From: Bacteroidota bacterium
GTDB lineage: Bacteria > Bacteroidota > Bacteroidia > Flavobacteriales > Flavobacteriaceae
Reading direction: 5' to 3'
DNA length: 64,000 bases
Assembly: GCA_038143535.1 (NCBI GenBank)
Contig: JAYQMD010000001.1
Coordinates: 326,265 to 390,264, forward strand
A program made the translations under genes and the position numbers. Below, piece by piece: positions 58,401-64,000 of the stretch (within the stretch, counting starts at the first letter, position 1; the number at the start of each line of letters is the position of its first letter). The notes beneath the pieces were generated by a model. That model saw nothing but the letters and a program-made list of their open reading frames with translations, did no database searches and was not told the DNA's origin.

Positions 58401-59955
58401 CAAACAACTGTTTGAAGTAGTTGTAGAGCAACTGAGGTTTGCTCGACAGCACGGCCAGCGGCGTATCCGTACCCATAGAGCCTATGGCTTCTTTACCCAA
58501 GGTGCTCATGGGCGTGATTAGGGTTTTGATGTCTTCTTCTGTATAACCAAAGGCTTGTAGTCTTTTAATAAAAGGCTCAGCTTCAACCGGCGTTTTGTTT
58601 CCTGTGTACGGAATCTCTTTAAGTGGAAGTAAATTTTCTTTTAACCAATCTCCGTATGGATGTTTGGCAGCAATTTTTTCCTTTACCTCACGGTCTTCAA
58701 TGATGCGTCCTTCTTCCATGTCCACCAAAAACATTCTTCCGGGCTCTAGGCGTCCGTGAAGGGAAACATTGGCGGGATCAATATCAATAACGCCCGTTTC
58801 AGACGACATGACCACATAACCATCTTTGGTAACAGTATATCGCGATGGGCGCAGTCCATTTCGATCTAGCAGTGCACCGATAAATTTCCCATCCGTAAAG
58901 GGCACACTCGCAGGTCCATCCCACGGCTCCATGATACAGGCATTGTAGGAGTAAAAATCTTTTTTGGCAGGATCCATTGACTGGTGCTTTTCCCATGCTT
59001 CAGGAACGAGCATCATCATCACTTCTGGCAGTGAGCGTCCTGAGTGAAGCAGCAACTCAACCACCATGTCCATCGAGGAGGAGTCAGACTTGCCGGGAAG
59101 TACAATAGGCGTAATGTGCGCCATATCATCTCCAAAAAAGTCGTTTGCAAAAAGTTCTTCACGAGCCTTCATGCGCATAACGTTCCCGCGGTAGGTATTG
59201 ATTTCTCCGTTATGGCACATATAGCGGAAGGGCTGTGCCAAATCCCAGGTAGGGAAGGTGTTGGTAGAAAAGCGTTGGTGTACAAGTGCTAAACGTGTTA
59301 CTACACGTGGATCTTTGAGGTCTAAATAGAAGCCTTCAATATCTTCGGGCATCAGCAGGCCTTTATAGATAACCGTTCTGGTTGAGAAGCTTGGTAAATA
59401 AAAATAAGTGCTCTGCGACATTTTACTTCCAAAAACGCGATGCTCTGCACGTTTTCTTGCAATATATGCTTTGGTGTTAAGCTGGTCTTCTGTGAGTTTG
59501 CCAGTAGCATCTTTTACAAATACTTGTTTGATGTTTGGTAATGTTTGCGCGGCAATACGACCAATTACATCATAGTTGGTAGGTACGTCACGCCATCCGA
59601 TTATTGTCAAATCTTGACGGGCCAATTCTTCCTCAAAAATTTCGATGCAATGCGTGCGTTGGTTCAACTTCTGGGGAAGGAACACCATACCAAGGGCGTA
59701 TTTCTGAGGCTCAGGGAGTTTGAACGAAAGCACGTCATTTAGGAAATCATGTGGTATGTCTATGAGTATACCTGCTCCGTCCCCTGTTTTACCATCTGCG
59801 CTCACCGCACCGCGGTGTTCGAGTTTGACCAAGATATCTAATGCCTTGTGAATGATATCGTTAGTTCTTTTGCCCTTAAGACTGCAAATAAAACCAGCAC
59901 CACAATTGTCGTGCTCGTTTTCTGGGTGGTATAAACCTTGTGGTTTGGGTAGCAT
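55456..59955 (-). CDS. gltB: glutamate synthase large subunit
   Basis: 1499 aa with Ntn-amidotransferase N-terminus (HDNCGAGF), central, FMN and C-terminal GXGXG domains. Confidence 0.95.
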   Translation of the reverse strand: MLPKPQGLYHPENEHDNCGAGFICSLKGKRTNDIIHKALDILVKLEHRGAVSADGKTGDGAGILIDIPHDFLNDVLSFKLPEPQKYALGMVFLPQKLNQRTHCIEIFEEELARQDLTIIGWRDVPTNYDVIGRIAAQTLPNIKQVFVKDATGKLTEDQLNTKAYIARKRAEHRVFGSKMSQSTYFYLPSFSTRTVIYKGLLMPEDIEGFYLDLKDPRVVTRLALVHQRFSTNTFPTWDLAQPFRYMCHNGEINTYRGNVMRMKAREELFANDFFGDDMAHITPIVLPGKSDSSSMDMVVELLLHSGRSLPEVMMMLVPEAWEKHQSMDPAKKDFYSYNACIMEPWDGPASVPFTDGKFIGALLDRNGLRPSRYTVTKDGYVVMSSETGVIDIDPANVSLHGRLEPGRMFLVDMEEGRIIEDREVKEKIAAKHPYGDWLKENLLPLKEIPYTGNKTPVEAEPFIKRLQAFGYTEEDIKTLITPMSTLGKEAIGSMGTDTPLAVLSSKPQLLYNYFKQLFAQVTNPPLDGIREEIVTDTSMSVGSDANIFDIIPSHAKKLNIQNPIISNEDLDKIKFNEHDDFKSKSVKPVYVAKEGNNGLERALEDLLKSVVKEVENGANIIILSDRGINKDMAPMPMLLACAFVHHGMMKHNLRSKFGIIIESAEPREPHHFASLFGYGASAINPYMVNEIIDYQVEKGAIKGLSAENAIANFNKAIAKGLVKIMNKIGISTLHSYRGAQIFEALGLSKKFVDTYFCNTATRIEGIGLKEVEQEITKRHKFAFGEKVAGEGVDLEIGGSYRWRRNGEAHMLNPASIAKLQLATKKGSYDTFEEYSKLVNDQTKQLMTLRGMFEFTDLDPIPIEEVEPWTKIVKRFKTGAMSLGSISEEAHENLAKAMNRIGGKSNSGEGGEDPRRFTRDEDGEWRNSAIKQVASGRFGVSSHYLTNAREIQIKMAQGAKPGEGGQLPGPKVNPYIASVRNSTPYVGLISPPPHHDIYSIEDLAQLIYDLKNANREARVNVKLVSEVGVGTIAAVVAKAKADVVLISGFDGGTGASPLTSLKHAGLPWELGIAEAQQTLVMNDLRGRIVMECDGQMKTGRDVAVACLLGAEEFGFSTAPLVASGCIMMRACHLNTCPVGIATQDPELRKNFKGKPEHVINFMHYVAEELRAIMAELGFRSIDEMVGQSQKLNMNTAIDHYKAQGIDLSAILYKPEVGENVPLRNVSKQDHGLDNVLDVEIVSKAQKAIIKKEAQTLSFDIKNTNRSVGALLSNEISKAHGRDGLPPNTLKLLFTGAAGQSFGCFATKGLHMEVTGNANDYFGKGLSGARLVAKVPETATFKPEENIIIGNVALYGATAGEAYINGIAGERFCVRNSGSIAVVEGIGDHGCEYMTGGEAIILGKIGRNFAAGMSGGIAYIYAKDGIFDDRNFNMEMIGLEDLSDADIDHVQNLIQNHITYTGSPLGSELLKNWKTTQKHFIKVMPTDYKAALERMAQEQKA

Positions 59956-60291
59956 AAAACAATTTTTATCAAATATAACCGCTAGCTTAAGTTTTTAGTA
60001 AACACGAGCTGAGCAAATTTGGGGGAAATACAACTTCCATAAAATTTAACTCAAAAATTATGAAATCACAAAAATAGAGACACTAAAATTAGTATTACTT
60101 GAATATAAATCAAATACTATTTTTACTCCCTATTTTTATGGGGTTGTTGTTTAAAATAACAGACTTTTGGCAAAAATACCCCATTTACTTGTGGGTTTAA
60201 AATCAATAAACACTAATTTAAATAATTTTTAGTGGTTTTGATTAGCAAAAACTCCTTCTTCATATTGTTTTTTTAAGCTCACTTTCATTGC

Positions 60292-60299
60292 TATATTTG
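60292..60299 (+). promoter_or_regulatory. -7 box TATATTTG upstream of nhaD
   Basis: Matches TAnnTTTG, 28 nt before the ATG at 60328. Confidence 0.35.
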
Positions 60300-60327
60300 T
60301 TTTTGACTTAATTCCAAACGGTTCAAT

Positions 60328-61656
60328 ATGGAAACCCTAATACTTGTAGTTTTTTTTCTAGGCTACTTAGCCATTACTCTTGAGCATAATTTAAAGATTG
60401 ATAAACTCATACCTGCACTTGCCATGATGGCCATTTTGTGGGCATTGATTTCGCTAACCCACCTGCCTGTTTTTGACATAGATACCGTCACCAGGAGTTT
60501 GCACGAAACAAATATTGAAGAAATTTTACTGCATCATTTAGGTAAGACTGCTGAAATTTTAGTCTTTTTACTGGGCGCCATGACTATTGTTGAAATCATA
60601 GATTATTTTGACGGCTTCGCAACCATTAAAGGCTTTATACGAACAAATGTTAAGGTCAGACTGCTTTGGATATTTTCCATACTGGCTTTTATTCTCTCTG
60701 CTATTATTGACAATCTTACCGCAACCATCGTCCTCATCACGATTTTACAAAAAGTAATTCAAGACCGCAACACACGTCTCTGGTTTGCTGGACTCGTTAT
60801 CATTGCTGCAAATGCAGGTGGTGCCTGGTCTCCCATTGGAGATGTTACCACGACCATGCTGTGGATTGGCAAAAAAGTAACTACGCCAGAATTGATTAAA
60901 TACTTATTTATTCCCTCCGTTGTTTGTATGGTGGTTCCTACGCTTATTGCTAGTCGATACAAAACATTTAGGGGAACCATCAACAATAAAGAAATAGGTG
61001 AAATTAAAAAATCATTTTTCGGTTCTAGAATGCTTTACATAGGCTTGGGCTCCATTTTGTTTGTTCCCTTTTTTAAGCAAATTACCCACCTGCCGCCTTA
61101 TGTCGGTATGATGTTGTCTTTGGCCGTTGTAGCTGCGTTTGCTGAATTGTTTAGCAGTCCCAAGTTCTCCCTGTCTAATATTGATGAAACAGTTGATGAT
61201 CAAGTCATTAACAGTCCTGTTCATGCGGCTTTGACAAAAATTGAATTACCCAGCATTTTGTTTTTCCTTGGAATACTTATGGCCGTGGGTGCTTTAGAAT
61301 CGTTGGGGCTATTGTTCAATTTTGCAGGTCAACTTACCCAAGCCATTCCAAATATGGACATTGTGGTTTCGCTTTTTGGAGTCATCTCTGCTGTAATTGA
61401 TAATGTGCCGCTAGTAGCTGCCAGCATGGGAATGTTCTCTCAAGGACCCGATGATCCGATTTGGCATGCCATTGCTTTTGCTGCAGGAACTGGAGGCAGT
61501 ATGTTGGTGTTTGGTTCTGCCGCTGGTGTTGTTGCCATGGGCATGGAAAAAATCAACTTTTTCTGGTATTTTAAAAAGATTTCTATTCTCGCATTTGTTG
61601 GCTTTTTGTCCGGGTATCTTACTTTTATGCTGATGCGTGACTATATTATTGCCTAG
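60328..61656 (+). CDS. nhaD: NhaD-family Na+/H+ antiporter (ArsB/NhaD permease superfamily)
   Basis: 442 aa, polytopic membrane protein. The N-terminus ...GYLAITLEHNLKIDK and the internal DNLTATIV / IDNVPLVAA repeat motifs are typical of NhaD. Confidence 0.78.
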   Translation: METLILVVFFLGYLAITLEHNLKIDKLIPALAMMAILWALISLTHLPVFDIDTVTRSLHETNIEEILLHHLGKTAEILVFLLGAMTIVEIIDYFDGFATIKGFIRTNVKVRLLWIFSILAFILSAIIDNLTATIVLITILQKVIQDRNTRLWFAGLVIIAANAGGAWSPIGDVTTTMLWIGKKVTTPELIKYLFIPSVVCMVVPTLIASRYKTFRGTINNKEIGEIKKSFFGSRMLYIGLGSILFVPFFKQITHLPPYVGMMLSLAVVAAFAELFSSPKFSLSNIDETVDDQVINSPVHAALTKIELPSILFFLGILMAVGALESLGLLFNFAGQLTQAIPNMDIVVSLFGVISAVIDNVPLVAASMGMFSQGPDDPIWHAIAFAAGTGGSMLVFGSAAGVVAMGMEKINFFWYFKKISILAFVGFLSGYLTFMLMRDYIIA

Positions 61657-62861
61657 TGGATTATGCGTCTACTATGCAATGGCTATATGAACAACTGCCG
61701 ATGTATCAGCGGGTGGGAAAAGCTGCGCTTAACTCCAATTTAGATGGCATAACCAAGCTTGCTGCACACCTAGGTAATCCCCATCAAAAATATAAAAGCA
61801 TACATATTGCAGGCACCAATGGTAAGGGCTCTTCTGCGCATATGCTTGCATCCATACTTCAAGAGGCAGGGTATCAAGTAGGTTTGTATACCTCTCCCCA
61901 CCTAAAGGACTTTAGCGAACGCATCCGAATCAATGGTGTTCCCATCAACCAAGACTATATCCTTGATTTTGTTGTTTCAAACCGCATATTTTTTGAGAGA
62001 GAAGCCTTTTCTTTTTTTGAAATGACCGTTGGTCTTGCCTTCGATTATTTTGCGAAGCAACAGATAGATATAGCCGTTATTGAGGTGGGTTTGGGTGGCC
62101 GTTTAGACGCTACTAACATCATCACGCCAGCGGCCTGCCTTATCACCAATATAGCACTAGACCATCAGCAGTTTTTGGGTACGACTAGACCTGCCATCGC
62201 CAAAGAAAAGGGCGGTATCATAAAACCCAATACACCTGTTGTTCTAGGCACCGACGACATGGAAACCTTTGCTGTTTTTAACGCCATAGCCAAGTCTTTA
62301 GATGCTCCGTTGTGTGTTGCAGAACAATATAATTACACTACCGATTTACTAGGGAACTATCAGCAACAAAACATTAATGGGGTGGTTTCCTTACTTAAAA
62401 AGCTACCTTCTTTTAGGGTTTCAGAAGATCATATTCGCAAAGGTTTGCAACAGGTACGCAAAAACACAGGTATTCGCGGCCGTTGGGAAATCTTGGGAAC
62501 CAAACCCACAGTAATAGCTGATGTTGCGCATAACAAAGCTGGATTGGAAGCGGTGCTAAGGCAACTCACTTCGCTTCAGTATGATGCACTTCATGTTGTT
62601 TTTGGTATGGTTAACGACAAGGATGTGGGGGATTTAATAACGCTTTTGCCTGCCGATGCCACCTATTATTTGAGTGCGGCAGCAGTTCCTAGAGCCATGG
62701 ATGTGCGCAGTCTCTCGCTGCATTTCAGTAATCATAAACGCAGTTTTATTTCTTATGAAAGTGTTAAGCGTGCATACGCTGCAGCGCAAAATAAGGCATC
62801 AACTGAGGATGTTATTTTTATTGGAGGTAGCCTATTTGTGGTCTCAGAAATACTACCTTAA
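61656..62861 (+). CDS. folC: bifunctional folylpolyglutamate synthase / dihydrofolate synthase
   Basis: HIAGTNGKGSS P-loop, Mur-ligase layout and QLPMYQRVG near the N-terminus. The GTG start overlaps the nhaD stop (TAGTG). Confidence 0.85.
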   Translation: MDYASTMQWLYEQLPMYQRVGKAALNSNLDGITKLAAHLGNPHQKYKSIHIAGTNGKGSSAHMLASILQEAGYQVGLYTSPHLKDFSERIRINGVPINQDYILDFVVSNRIFFEREAFSFFEMTVGLAFDYFAKQQIDIAVIEVGLGGRLDATNIITPAACLITNIALDHQQFLGTTRPAIAKEKGGIIKPNTPVVLGTDDMETFAVFNAIAKSLDAPLCVAEQYNYTTDLLGNYQQQNINGVVSLLKKLPSFRVSEDHIRKGLQQVRKNTGIRGRWEILGTKPTVIADVAHNKAGLEAVLRQLTSLQYDALHVVFGMVNDKDVGDLITLLPADATYYLSAAAVPRAMDVRSLSLHFSNHKRSFISYESVKRAYAAAQNKASTEDVIFIGGSLFVVSEILP

Positions 62862-62918
62862 AAAAAATAAATTGAACGTGGATTAGTACGCCTGTTATTT
62901 TATATATTTACACCCCTC

Positions 62919-62993
62919 GGGCGCTTAGCTCAGTTGGTTCAGAGCACCTGCCTTACAAGCAGGGGGTCGGGGGTTCGAATCCCTCAGCGCCCA
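62919..62993 (+). tRNA. tRNA-Val (anticodon TAC)
   Basis: GGGCGCTTAGCTCAGTTGGTTCAGAGCACCTGCCTTACAAGCAGGGGGTCGGGGGTTCGAATCCCTCAGCGCCCA folds as a standard cloverleaf with anticodon loop CTTACAA. Confidence 0.9.
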
Positions 62994-63032
62994 CATTTGT
63001 AAACTCAACATTTTGTTGGGTTTTTTTGTTTT
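62993..63032 (+). repeat. tRNA-Val 3' flank/terminator, proximal copy of a direct repeat
   Basis: Reads acatttgtaaaCTCAACattttGTTGGGtttttttgtttt, a terminator hairpin plus T7. It matches 63761..63799 at 36 of 40 aligned positions (3 mismatches, 1 gap), counted by hand. Confidence 0.8.
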
Positions 63033-63047
63033 TGTAACTTTTTTAAT

Positions 63048-63518
63048 ATGGAAATTTTGAATAAAAACTACAATCCAGTTGAAATATTTTGGAATGATTA
63101 TTTGAATTTACACCCATATTTTAAAAAAAAAACTCCTCGTTCATTCTATTTTTGTGATAACAAAAAGGATGCTGATGAATGTGCTGAATTAGTTGTTAAG
63201 GGAATAAAGCAGGCAACTGCCACTTCTTTGTGGTGGTTCAAAAAAAATAATGTTTCAATTCCAAGAATTGGCAACAAATATATTGTTACAAATTGGGTTG
63301 GAAATCCAAGAGCAATAATTGAAACTATTAAAGTTGAAGAGGTTCCTTTTAATGAAATAACACCAGAGTTTGCAAAAATTGAAGGTGAAGGAGATAAGTC
63401 TTTAGACTATTGGAAAAAAGTTCATGAAGCATATTACAAAAGAGAAATGAAAAATCATTTTGAAAAGTTTGATGAAAACATGATTATAGTTTGTGAATAT
63501 TTTAAAAAAATATTTTAA
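63048..63518 (+). CDS. ASCH domain protein
   Basis: 156 aa. ...ELVVKGIKQATATSLWWF... and ...EFAKIEGEGDKSLDYWKKVHEAYY... match the ASCH (YqfB-like) pattern. The gene is AT-rich and starts only 15 nt after the repeat. Confidence 0.65.
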   Translation: MEILNKNYNPVEIFWNDYLNLHPYFKKKTPRSFYFCDNKKDADECAELVVKGIKQATATSLWWFKKNNVSIPRIGNKYIVTNWVGNPRAIIETIKVEEVPFNEITPEFAKIEGEGDKSLDYWKKVHEAYYKREMKNHFEKFDENMIIVCEYFKKIF

Positions 63519-63760
63519 ACCAAGACTCGTAAATGAATACTTAATAATTTGATTACATCATTATAATAAAAAAACATACACATGGAATTAAGATTTTTTA
63601 ATTGATACTGATAATCAAAAAGAGTAATTAAAATTCACTTTTTTTGAATTTGATTGTATCATGTTCAAAATCAATGGTTTGCAAATTTGATTTAATCTTG
63701 TTTGTTCCCCTTCTTTACGACTATTTTAAATCAGTTTTATAAAGTAAAAAAATACTCTTC

Positions 63761-63799
63761 ACATTTTTAACCACAACATTTTGTTGGTTTTTTTGTTTT
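63761..63799 (+). repeat. distal copy of the tRNA-Val 3'-flank repeat
   Basis: Reads acatttttaaccacaacattttgttggtttttttgtttt. Confidence 0.8.
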
Positions 63800-63874
63800 A
63801 GAGGATTGTATTTAGGCGAGTCCCTAATGGAGTTAAATCCGAACGCCTACCCTTTTGTCTCTTAATATTTACAA

Positions 63875-63882
63875 TATCTTTG
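63875..63882 (+). promoter_or_regulatory. -7 box TATCTTTG (with a TTG about 17 nt upstream) before glmS
   Basis: Matches TAnnTTTG, 34 nt before the ATG at 63917. Confidence 0.4.
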
Positions 63883-63916
63883 CAACAGTTTAGTTTTCTA
63901 ATAAAGCAAGACGCAT

Positions 63917-64000
63917 ATGTGTGGAATTGTAGGATATATTGGTTATCGTGATGCATACCCCATCATTATCAGGGGTTTAAAGCGCCTTGAATATAGAGGG
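63917..64000 (+). CDS. glmS: glutamine--fructose-6-phosphate aminotransferase, first 28 codons only
   Basis: [28 protein letters not shown] is the characteristic Ntn (Cys2) GlmS N-terminus. The gene runs off the right edge. Confidence 0.85.
   Translation, partial: MCGIVGYIGYRDAYPIIIRGLKRLEYRG

Larger units (their letters stand above)
62993..63799. mobile_element. small AT-rich insertion downstream of tRNA-Val carrying a single ASCH-domain gene, no recombinase
   Basis: Bracketed by the direct repeats above. Its composition is clearly more AT-rich than folC on one side and glmS on the other. Confidence 0.4.

Noticed and set aside
63800-63916. glmS ribozyme or other structured leader upstream of glmS (TAGGCG...CGCCTA hairpin at about 63813..63851).
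   Set aside because: The hairpin lies upstream of the predicted -7 box, so it would not be in the mRNA leader. The leader is only about 34 nt, far too short for the ribozyme. I recognise no conserved ribozyme core.

Overview
This window looks like chromosomal DNA from a Flavobacteriia-type Bacteroidota genome. The evidence is a gldK-gldL-gldM-gldN gliding/type IX secretion core, several TAnnTTTG -7 promoter boxes, and many lipoproteins. Most of it is tightly packed housekeeping genes:
- Left part: rodA (partial), mrdA, mreDCB, purH, a GAF protein, groESL, and a long minus-strand polycistron miaB / sigma-54 activator / lptE-like / unknown / secG.
- Middle: topA, an arginase-fold protein, gldKLMN, an FAD oxidoreductase, era, der, merR, an M23 peptidase, alaS, hemL, a Zn metalloprotease, lysS and lipB.
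- Right part: a large lipoprotein, rnhB, a porin-like barrel, gltBD, nhaD, folC and glmS (partial).

Accessory content is small:
- A TonB-dependent receptor followed by three S1 sulfatases, with no SusD and no glycoside hydrolase.
- Two AT-rich islets next to tRNA-fMet and tRNA-Val. Each is bracketed by an imperfect direct repeat of the tRNA 3' flank/terminator. One carries only a remnant of a serine recombinase.

Unusual points:
- A good sigma-54 type -24/-12 element (TGGCAC-N5-ATGC) sits directly upstream of groES. It lies just downstream of the operon that encodes a sensor-less sigma-54 activator.
- Two conserved genes (the TonB receptor and the M23 peptidase) are interrupted by single in-frame TAA codons, and conserved sequence continues in frame after each.
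- alaS, lipB, purH and an islet lipoprotein carry single-base frameshifts. Two of these are at homopolymers, which points to sequence error rather than gene decay.

I found no CRISPR array, no intact integrase or transposase, and no recognisable defence or toxin-antitoxin module. I could not show a convincing, wholly new multi-gene system. The best follow-up candidates are listed in the findings.
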